DNA from: Psilocybe cubensis
Lineage: Eukaryota
Length of the DNA: 64,000 bases
Assembly: GCA_017499595.2 (NCBI GenBank)
Contig: CM039002.1
Location: 3,472,001 to 3,536,000 of the forward strand
Direction: 5' to 3'
The translations under genes were made by a program, and so were the position numbers. This document shows, in pieces, positions 39,854 to 51,000 of the stretch. Each line of letters opens with the position of its first letter. Within the stretch, counting starts at the first letter, position 1. The notes under the pieces were generated by a model, which saw only the letters and a list, made by a program, of their open reading frames with translations, did no database searches and was not told where the DNA came from.

Positions 39854-42800
39854 TTAATTTGAGGACAAAAAAGTATGTGTTCCGGAACCAACAGTGACCT
39901 TACGAGAAAATTGTCAGCAGCAATGGGAGGCGAGGCATGTGATGAACTTACATTGTTGGCACCGGGAATGCTAATTACAGCCGTGACCCCAACAGGAACA
40001 ACAACGTTAACAGTTGTCCGTGTTGAGTCTTTGGTCCAGGCGACGCTGAGATTACCAAACGGTGTCATAGTCCATGCGCTAGCGGCATTGAGAGGAGAAG
40101 ACAGTAATGGAGAGATTTTGACAATCTCAAAGGCAGGCGCGGTTGCCTGAATACCGGCAACATGCTTGTATAACCAATCTTCAAATGTACCAAGGAATAG
40201 CTAAACAATGTTAATAAAATGTGAGGATAATAGAAAATAGGAAGACGTACATGATCGTGAGAGCGAGCGGTCAATAACCAATGCTCCCACTGTTACCGCG
40301 TAAGTAAAAACATAAGTATAATGATTTGCAACATACCATGGTGGTTGCGCCATTTTCAATCCAATATCCCCAACTAGGAAACGTTGTTTGTTGCGATACA
40401 GCAAACGCGGTATCTCCGTGGCCAAAGTCAGTTAGCACGGGGAGTAGGAATTTTGTCCCAAGAGCTCCTGTATTGAGATGCGTTCCGCGGGAGGAAATGT
40501 CCTGTGATATGCTATCCGCAACTTTTTGAATGCTCGTATTGGGGGCAAGACCAAATGCAAGGGCGAGAATGTTATGTGTTTGACGGTATCCCGAATCTCC
40601 AACGCCGGTGTAGTATCCAGTGGTAGGGTTTAAGAAAGCGTTGTTGAATGCACCCTTAACATTCTGTGCCTGAGTCGAAAATGTTGACGCGTCTGATGAC
40701 TTGTTGAGTACTGTAGCGATTTCACCCATGACGGTTAGCATCTGATATCTAGGTGATTTGTTGGTGATAGCCTTGTGACACAGAAAAAGGACACGTACAG
40801 GAAGGCTGTTGCAGATACTCGAGAATCCTCTGGTGGATTACCTCCCAAGGGACTTGTCTCCGGCGTATCCCAATCACCCAGTGAAGTTTGAGCAATGTTG
40901 TTTGGAGAGCGGCCTAGTTCAAAGTTGACATAGTTCTTCATGCTATCGTAATGATTTGCCAGGATCCTCTCATCACCTCGATACTGGTATATCCACCAAG
41001 GGATGAAGATAAATGCAGAGCTTGGGGTGACATCGTTATTTCATGGATAGATAAACAAGTGCATTTGGCGCGACGTACTGCCAGGTAGGTGCTTGGTTAT
41101 TTGCACCCCATCCACTATCTGGTGCGATGACGGCAGGTGGACCAGATCCGTTTGGGCGACTTTCATCAACATCTCTCACATACTTCGCCAAAAGGTCTTG
41201 GGAATCTAGATTGACAAGGAACATTTCCTAGTAGCACAGTAGATTTCATGGAGCGTCAAATTTCGAACTGGGTCACAGAATGCAACAACGCTCACCGTGC
41301 CCAGCATCGCATCACCAGTCCAACCGTTCTTCTCAAATGTCGGACAGTCAGTAGGGATACTATGGACATTGTTAAGAAGCGTGTATACGGCTGCTTTATG
41401 CATTTTATTGAGGAGGTCACTGGACGATTGAAACCCCCCGCGATACGTAAGATCGTCGTGAACAACACGTCCAATAACATCTGCGGCGGTCGGCGGCGGG
41501 GAGTTCGTAGGCCATCCTTCAATCTGGACATACTGGTATCCCTTATAGCTGAACTTCGGTTCGAATACCTCTGCAGATCCAGTTCCAGCCAACCAAAACC
41601 GGTCTTCAGAAGATAATGGGAGTAATGAATGCAAAAGTCAGGTTACAATGGAGTTTAAACACGAATGGTACGTACCTGTTTGGAAGTTGTTTGCATAATA
41701 ATGCTGGGTATCCTGATAAATTACTGTTCCGTCTGGCTGATTACAAAGGTAAGTACAATATGTCACGCAATACATGTTTAAAATCAGGACTCACATTCAA
41801 CTTCTCTCCAAAGTGGATGGTGATAAGCGTTTTCGCAGGCCCGGACGCTGTTAGTTTGACCCACCCCGCGACTACACGCTCATAATGGGCGACGAAGATT
41901 CCTGTTTGAGGTTGAGTGATGTTTACTGGAAGCAAGCTTTGCACGACACGCGTGGGAGGCTGATTTTGATTGACGAGTGTGCCCAATGGAGCCGACATGA
42001 TTGCTGCTTGACCCCATGCCGACGCGTTAAATCCAGGTGAGTCAAAACCATGCTGTATGTAACTCGCTAGCGAGACAGATCCTATGAGTATAACAGGTGA
42101 AATATAGCAAAGAACATTGATCACCGTCAAAGTTTTCCCCTCCAAAGACGTCATCCAGGCGTGTAGGACCGTCAATAAACTGCCAAGTTTCATCAGTGAC
42201 GACTCTTGACAACGTCCCATCCGTGAATCCAATCGAAAGAACCATTCGAACTCGTGGTTCACCGTGCCATGGCGCAGAATTCCAATTCCAGACACTTCCC
42301 TGGGTCACACCATAATGGCTCCGGCCCAGCTCGGCCCCTATCGCATTTGTGCCGGATTGGAGAAGAGAATGAACATCAAGGGCGACGTATTGAAGTTCAG
42401 TATCGTACTTGGTGAATCCTGGAGTCAGGACATGATCGGAGGCTGGAGCGCCGTTGATAGTAATGCTGGCATAACCACCCGCAGCATAGTATAGTCGTGC
42501 AAATGAAATGGGTTTGGAGACAGTAAACTCTTTGCGGAGGAGCGGGGCAGGATGTTCTGTGAGAGATTCTGATATTGTGACTTGAGTACCCCACGGATTT
42601 ATTCCATACAATCCGATGGAAGTTGCAAATGGCCAAGAGGAGTCGTCTGTGGAGGGAAGTTCAAATCCGTCTGGAACAGCGGAATTAACTCGCCATGTAG
42701 TGTCTGACACAAATGTTTGTGTTGAATTGTCGGTGAAAGTGATTTGTACGGCGCTCAGAACACCAGCTGGATTACCACCGCCAGAAGTTGGGTCAGGTGT

Positions 42801-44165
42801 ATTTTTTGCTAGAACAGCAAATAAGGCGGAAGAGCCAGATACATTAACGGTGAACTTCTGTGCTGACTTCCAGATATCCGTTTCGTTGGGTGAGACCCCA
42901 ACAGAGTCCCCGTTAACATACAAGTCAAAACCATCGTCCACTGTAATCAGGATTGTAGCAGATTGAAGCGTCTTTCCGCTAGGCGCCGTAAACGTCTTTC
43001 GAAATGCTCGGGATCCGGGTGGAGCTAGGAGAGGATTACTTTCGGACGACCATATCCAGTTAGACTGAGCGAATGACAAGACAGATTTGGATGTGGATGT
43101 GGGAATCACAACTTGGTTCGACCATGGTCCTTGTCCATAACGACCTAGAACATTGGAGGAGAGCCACCCCGTGGTCGATGCGTTCACCGAGCTCCAATCG
43201 CTTGGAATTGATTTGTCTGATAGCCAACTAGAATCAGTGGGTACAAATTCCGCATTGCCGTTGTCGAGATGAATCTTGATAGAGGCGAGCAGTCCCGCAG
43301 GGCCATCACCACCGGTTCCCACATCAGGCAGGTTGGTGGCACGTACCGCAAAAGCGGGAGTATTAGATGACAAAGGGATGGAGAAAAACTGTGCGTCTTT
43401 CCAGATATCTGCAGTGGTGGGTGAGGATCCAACGAGTGTCCCGTCAGCGTACATTGTAAATTGATCGTCTGCTGTGATTAAGATATCGGCAGACACAACA
43501 CGTCGTCCAGGTGGAGGAACATAGGTACGTCGGAAAACTCTGTCGCCAGCGGGTGCATTTGGTGGATTAGTCTCAGGAGTCCATATCCATGACGAGTTTT
43601 GAAACGAAGAAATTAAATCAGCGGAAGGACCATCAGCGGGTGCTGGTTTGCCAATCCATAAACTGGAACCCCAGTCACTATTAGTTAATAGGCCTGTGGA
43701 GAATTTGGATGAAGCAGAGGTGCTGCCTGATGCGGTCGTGACCTCGACGGTCCATGAATATTGGGTATCAGAAGCCAGTGTGGGCCCGCCATATTCGATC
43801 AGGTACGACCTTTTCGATGAAATTATTCCTGTATCCCATATTTCGCCGTCCGCGGGCGTTGTCCCAGCTGAGACCCGCAGTCGGTATGAACTTTGGGCAT
43901 CATTGTCCACTGAAGAAGATATAATCCACGAGAAACGAGGGATTACATCGATTCCCAGTGGTTCAGCCCGGTTTTCGACCGTTAAAGCAGACAGTGTGGG
44001 TACTATCATAAGCATTAACTCATGATTCTCGTCGTTCTTCATGTAGACGTACCAGCAAACGCGTCGCGCACCCATAGCAGAGAGAGTGAGAAAGTAAAGA
44101 CTGCGAATCATCAGATGAGGGAGTCGAACTTGACACTAACTCTACGTACCACTTTGTAACTTCAT
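39854..44165 (-). CDS. GH78 alpha-L-rhamnosidase, copy B (tandem paralog, no hydrophobic tail)
   Basis: Signal peptide MKLQSVFTFSLSLLWVRDAFA; same motifs and intron positions as copy A; ends VTVGSGTHTFLSSN*. Confidence 0.95.
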
Positions 44166-46517
44166 GAGATTTGGAGCGATTCTAAAGGAAGGGTGCCCGT
44201 ATATTTAAGGGCCGTCGACAGACGACGCTGTAAATGGACAAGGCAAGAATTATTTAAAATCAGGCATGAGGTCACGAGTGATAGACCAACTGACCTTCTG
44301 CAGGATATCGCTGTGCGGCAAGAAGTCAAACTCCCAACACGAAGCCACGTTGAAGTAGGTTCGGATTGGCGAAGGAATTGTTTGAGATATCATACGGTAT
44401 CAACTGGTCAAATGAGAGCCGAAGTCAAGCTTAACATAGAACATGACACGGTGCTGAATGTGGTGCTCTGGAGAAAAGAATGTCCATCCCGGCCCGTTGT
44501 GTAGATTGATAAAGAGGGGTAGTTCTTGAATAGATACGTGGAATGGTGCATCATATGCATAGGATATCGACAGCTATTGGTTTGATTCGGCTATGGTGAA
44601 AAATACTGAAGGTACAAACCATTCAACCAACTTAAAACGATCATGCGGTGTCTCCGCAGTTGCAGAGACATATCAAGGTAGAAACACCCGGTTGTTCTGA
44701 GAAACGTAAGAGCAGCTTAGAACCATTATATGGTAATCGAGGAGGGCAGCCCTTCAACAGAGTGACGTACATGGCCGTATCTCCTCCACGGGTTGGAATG
44801 TGTTGTGCCAGAAACACAGCACTGAGTCCTGTATGTAGCCCGTTACGCCTTCAACCTGCTTATGTCCCACACCAATAATTTGTACCTACAGATGATCCCT
44901 TAGATATACAAACATCGATAACTAATAGTCAGTAGATAGATTAGCGTAGAGAGGTGAGCATCACTCACACGTGCGTCTTAGCACCCTGATTGCTTGTTGC
45001 ATGATAATAAACAGATTCAACAACAACAACTTGCTTATGTCAGTGATTATTTGCACATGCTGTTCTTATTTGTGTGTAAGTGGGTGACTTCCCGCAGGGA
45101 TTCCTTTTCAAATGTGTTGCCTGCCCCCTCAAAAACACCATTCTGACGAGAAAAGCAGTAAGTATGACCAAATTTGGGTGAAATATCATATAGGATGTAC
45201 TCACCGAACGTATGGAAGCATAACAGACGGGCTTTGTCGAAGGGAAGAGAGCCCATCGCTGAATCTTCGACTGGCGGGAGGTTGAACTCGGCGTCGCAGC
45301 GACGAGTGACGAGTGATACGTGAGCGCCGGAGTTTGAAAATCCGTTTAGAAAGCGTCATTTGGATCTGGAACAGGGGGGTACCCCTCTTCTAGATTAAAA
45401 TTTAGAAATGGGTTGAATTTCATCTCCGGAGGCCTCCGGCACTTCGGCAACCCTCGCTTAGCACGATAAGATAAATCGCTCGTAGTAAATTTCCCTAGTA
45501 TCAGGAAGACGTAATTCGAGATATAAGGGTGAAGGAAGAAATATTCGGTTGGACCTAATATTCGGGGGTTGCGTAGGGCTTTGGCGGATGGTCTTGCCAG
45601 AAGTCGGTTGAATCACGTGATAAGGCGTGAAAGCCGACGCGAGAGAGAGCGCGGAAAGGATCAAAGCTTTAACGGGAAATTCTGGTACTCGCTAATATCT
45701 TATCCGTAGATGAGCTCGCGTGGTTACTCATCGTTGAATTTAGAAAATAATCTGTGTTTCTAAATCCTGCGGGAAGTCATCCAGTGACTTGATTAGTACT
45801 AGTAGTTTTCAAACATTGATCGGAGTGCAAAATAGTGAGATTGACCCGAGCGGAGATCGAAATAAGTGCTGAGCAAAATGCTGAATCAGAAACGGCTGGT
45901 ACTAGTAGCGGCTGTTGGACGAGCCTACATGAGGATTCCTGTCATGATTGACGCACATTGGCCTCAGCCGCTACCCAAACCAGTAATAATAATGTCTCCC
46001 TCTATGTCGACCTTGGCGGGCAAAAGCGACTTCGGGCGACACGGGAATACGTTCCATCATATCTAAACGGAATCAGGAACGTTCATGGCTTGAATATGTT
46101 AATGTACAATTTGATTTTGGTACAGTCTGGGAATATGGTATTGTATATACAGTGATCACATCAACGACTTGAGTCGAAGTTCAAGTAACCCTTCGCTGAA
46201 GCCGGATTGATTCACCACTACAGGATGAGGATGGGATGAGTCTCAGAGGACAGTCATCCGAGATGATATCAATAGTGTACACGCGCGTTTTTGCCATGTG
46301 CATACCGATGAAACTAATAGGCTAAGCGAAGTAAACACGGAGGGATGAAGAAGATAGCAACGCCATCGCCGTTTTTACCAGTTAGACATGTGGTGCGTAT
46401 TTGATAATTGACCGTGACCAAGTCGGGGAGCAGCATAAATACCACAACAGCTTACAAGGATTGCTGAGAACACCAGACCCACTCTTCGTCCAGCAGAAAC
46501 AAAAATCTACCGCAAAG

Positions 46518-46688
46518 ATGAAGTTCTACTGCACCATCATTGCTGTCATGCTCGCTGTCGTGTCCTGCACCGTTCAGGCTTCCCCAAGTCCCATCGCTGT
46601 CTCTGGGCAAATCGAGGCCCGTGGATGCACCTGCAAGCAAATCGGCAAGACTGGAGAGTACATTTGTACAGGGACTTCATGCCCTTGA
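46518..46688 (+). CDS. Small secreted pre-pro-peptide with a 4-Cys core (56 aa)
   Basis: MKFYCTIIAVMLAVVSCTVQA|SPSPIAVSGQIEAR|GCTCKQIGKTGEYICTGTSCP*. CATAAATA upstream near 46434; GTGAGT..CTAAC..CAG intron in the 3' UTR (about 46704-46755). Confidence 0.75.
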   Translation: MKFYCTIIAVMLAVVSCTVQASPSPIAVSGQIEARGCTCKQIGKTGEYICTGTSCP

Positions 46689-47060
46689 GAAGTTAATGTC
46701 AGAGTGAGTCTCGTCCGTGATAAACTAATTAGTAACGACCTCTAACACCGTTCAGGTTCTCGTCGTCAAACATACCCCACCTTGTATCTTCCAAAGTCAA
46801 ATTTTGGAGTTGCCTTTTATGTGGTTCTCATCAACTAGGTCTACATAATTTATAATACCCAAATTTTGCAAATCATATATCATATTTGAGTTTTCATATA
46901 GGGTTCTGGTTCTACTTGACTGATTGTTTACATGCATGAGAAGGATTTTTCATCAGAATTTCACTGCAAATACCCATATCACTATTTTTCGTTTGTGTCG
47001 GTTATCTGTCATTATTATCCCCAACTTGAACGTCCTCGCTACGCATTCGATTCAAGTCAT

Positions 47061-47309
47061 TTACTAAAATCAGAACAACCTTCAGAAGTGCTGAATTTCG
47101 AGTTGAAAAATTTATCTTACACAGTGTCCTGTGGATAGAGCACATATGGGGGGACGACAAGCCCCAGCGTTACAGAATCCCGGGGAGCACAGTATTTCAC
47201 CAGCAATTGGGCAGGTTAGGCTTTCGCAGTCCACATTGGTATCACATATTTTAGCTGAGTATGCCGTCAGAGCGAGAGTGAGAGCAACCACGATGCTTCT
47301 GAGATTCAT
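47061..47309 (-). CDS. Small secreted 8-Cys peptide, copy 3 (~63 aa)
   Basis: MNLRSIVVALTLALTAYSA|KICDTNVDCESLTCPIAGEILCSPGFCNAGACRPPICALSTGHC, then predicted intron 47120-47064 (GTAAGA..CTGAT..TAG) directly followed by TAA. GTATAAAAG about 70 bp upstream. Confidence 0.85.
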
Positions 47310-48020
47310 CTTAGTAGAGGTTTGTTTTTTAGAAGATGAAAGATATCTGGCTGGGCGTTGAACATCATTTAAAGGTCTTTTATACTATCTATAAGGTTTA
47401 TATTTTTAGACCTTTTAATTTGATTTGAAGGATGTTTCCCCTTGAGGCTTGCAGCGACATCAACCCCACGGTCAACGCCTAGCTGGCATGTGCTAGAAAG
47501 CTGTCAATCTCAGGCTATAAGTGCTATGTCTTTAGTTCTATTACAAATTACAGATAGGTATCAGTTCAAAAAGTACAGCGTTTTGTGCGTGAAGAGTAGA
47601 TCGTAGTTTAAGGTGTTATGACGAATGGGTGCCCTGTGCTTCTGTATGAATGTTCAATGCACTTCATCCGATTTCATTGTGAATTGTGATAGTTGCGTTC
47701 AGTACTGTAGGTCCTCCGAATTGGTCATCGGCTCCAATACGTGACGACATGGAATGCCGCTCGTTCAGGTGTAGGTTCCCGCGATCAGGCCGTGTAAACC
47801 GTATGGCGATTTATCAATATCGCTTATCGTAGACCTCATTGGAGCTACTCTGCTGATATTTTGTTTTCAAGATTCTCGCCACATTCTTGATTCTGGCGGC
47901 GGATAGTCTGTAGTGGTGTCAGCAGTCTGGGAATATGTAAGACTTATTAGTGCCTCGTTCAGGCTCTTGGAACACAGTATTATAATTCACTTGTTTTCCC
48001 GTGTAGATGATTACGCGCAT

Positions 48021-51000
48021 ATGACTGGGCAGAAGGAGCCTACAAGTCCCCAGATGGAGCTTGCAGAATCACTGAAAGAGTTGTCTCTTGTAGGAGTAGA
48101 CTTGGAGAACTATAAGAAAGGGTTAGATATTGGTATGTGAATCCATGAAAACAATTCATTTGAGTCGTTATGGAGATATCCAATTAGATACCCTAACTGT
48201 AGAAGAACGACTCCAACAGAGCCACAGGCTTAGTTCTTTTGGAAAGCTTTACTTGGAGAAGTACCGAAAATCCAAGCAGCAAGAAGACATAGACCTATCA
48301 ATCAAATCGTACGAGAAAGCTATTCGCCTTGTTGCAGATGATTCTGGGCTACTCGCATATGACTACGACTACGCAATCGCCCTTTTTGAGCGCTACAGCC
48401 TTCTCCAAAGGCCTGATGATCTTGAAAGTGCAATTTCACGTGTGGAACGGGTCGTGGAAGGTACACCGGAAGAAAGCAGCGACTTTACCCATCGATCAGG
48501 CTTTCTATCCAGCTTATACTACATCCGGTATCAATCTTCCAGGACTATATCAGATCTCTCAAAAGCCATTGGAGCCATACGCAAGAGTGTCCACGCCAAT
48601 GAAGGAAACGAAAAGCTGGTGTCTAATCTCAATAATCTGTCGGTTTTCCTCTATCAGCGTTTTCGGTTATCCCCAAATCATGACTTAGTCGACATTTCTG
48701 AGGCAATCTTGTATCAAAACCGGTTGGTGGAACTGACGACAGAGGATGATGATAACAGTCCATTTTGGTTGGAGAAGCTAGGGGGTTTGTTAGAGGCTCG
48801 TTTCAAATACACTGGGGAAATAGAGGATCTGTCAGCCGCAATATCTGCCCTCGACAAGGCAATTGGTATTTCTCCGGCCCAGGATAATAATAGGATTAGA
48901 AGACTTGGGAAACCTGGCACGCTTTATCGTCATCGATCACAATATAAAGGAAATGCTGAAGACATTTTTCGAGCGGTAGAGGACCATGAGGAAGCGTTAC
49001 AAATCTCCCCAGATGACTATTCCAACTTCTACGAGCTTTATGAAAATGTAGGAAACTCGTATCTTGCAATGTACCATCAAACAGAGGATATACAACATGT
49101 ATCCGAGGCCGTCACTGCGCTTAAAAATGCTGTTGACCTCATCCCGGAGGACAATACAGATGCAGCATCGTATTGGTCCAATTTGGGCACCGCATATTTG
49201 CGCCTTTTTGAATGTAAAGGTGACCCACAGGATTTATCTGATGCCATATCGGCTCAGGAGCGTTCTCTTCAATTCGCGTCAACAGACAGTGTTCAGCTTT
49301 CCTCCTTTTACGATCATCTTGGAGATTCTTATCAAATCAAGTTCGAAATATATGGTAACACGCTGGATATATCTAAAGCAATATCTGCACATCAGCAGGC
49401 AATTCAGCTCATGCCAGAGAACCACATACTTCGGGCAGACCGTCTCAACAACCTTGGGACAGCGTTACAATGCCGCGCGGAGAGAACGGGCGACATTTCA
49501 GATATATGGGAGGCAATAAGCGCTCACAGAGAGGCTGTCAAACTATGTCATCCAGACAACTCTAATCTGCCGCTCTTGCTGTCAAACCTAGGAAACGCGA
49601 TCTTCGCCCAGTTCAAACTAAAAAATGACCCAAAGGCCATTGATGAGTCAATTTCACTCTACCAGCAAGCTCTTTCCATGACTGGGAACAAAAAAACAGA
49701 TGCCGCTGTTGCAACTTATTATGACAATCTCAGTATTGCTCAAAGACTTAGGTTTGACCTTTGTAAGGTCGAGAACGATATAGATGGCTCTATTTCATCA
49801 GCAGAGATAGCACTTAATCTTACACGGGAGGGCCGCCACTTGGATACCATTGGACGATTGAACAACCTTGCTACAGCTTTGTGCAAACGCTACGAGCACA
49901 GCAAAATTCCTGCTGATATATCGAAAGCAATACAGTCTTTGGAGAAAGGAATACAGATGCTCCCCAGTATGGCTGTCCGTTTGCACATTTAATACCAATA
50001 TATAAACTTTTTGTTCCATACATAGAAATCTCAGAAGTAAAGATCCGATAATTATTTGCTCTTATTTCCGCAGATAGAGAAGAGATTGCCGGACATATAG
50101 ATCCAGTGTCCATACATTTACAGGTTGCACCGTCAGATACAACTTTGAGTACCATACATATAGTTTTGGTGCCCACATATACAAAGCACAATCCCTTAGA
50201 GAGTTCAAACACGCCCTTTCATACATATTTTGCTTCCTCACATATGTTTTCAGGTTTCCCGTATGAGTGATTTGACCTTTCTTTTGCCTTTCTTCCTCCC
50301 GAAGATATATAGTCGTTTTTCGGCATGTGTCTATGCCGTGCTTGCCTGGACATCGTGAGAATTCGGCAAAATTCGGCAAATGAGGAGACAAATGACAGTA
50401 CATTCCCTGTTCCTGTCGACACATACTAATTGAGCAATGAAAAAGATTCACATATCTGACAGAAGTAATTATCTACCTGTATTATGCCTGATTACAAAAG
50501 TATCACGCCTCTATAGCTTTTGACGAGTATTTTTGGCTACTCCTACTTAAAAAGGCCTAAAGTTGAGATTGCAGGTAAAACTCTGAAATGAATTTCTCTT
50601 TATAGCCTCTACACACGTTTACACTGCTCAAGCGTATAAATTAATACTCCTAAAGAGTTTTGTGACCTTGCGACAGTCGTCCTACATCCTTCACAAGTAG
50701 CAATTCCCCTGCAAAGCGGGACGAAAGCTGAGTTCCCACGCTTGTACGGCAAGGACGGCACGCATGATAGTCATCTTGACAACTCTATATCTTCGGGCAA
50801 AAGTTGAGGTATTATGCGGAGAGGGTCACAGAGTGTGGTGCTACGTTGTTTATGTATGGTTTACCTACTTCTATGTGTGTACCTCCCATTCAAACTGGAG
50901 GGCATGCAAAAACAATGACCGGGATGGTTTCCTCTATATTCGGAAACCATCTGTCTATAACCGGGACATCAAAGAATGTATTTGGAATTATATTCAATTA

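Noticed and set aside
13989-44165. Rhamnose-utilisation or secondary-metabolite cluster (TF + MFS + GH78 + oxidoreductase)
   Set aside because: The MFS looks like a drug exporter rather than a sugar porter. No LRA catabolic genes or PKS/NRPS/terpene synthase are present, and housekeeping genes intervene.
25209-47309. 8-Cys peptides as hydrophobins
   Set aside because: They lack the two CC doublets and are much shorter than hydrophobins.
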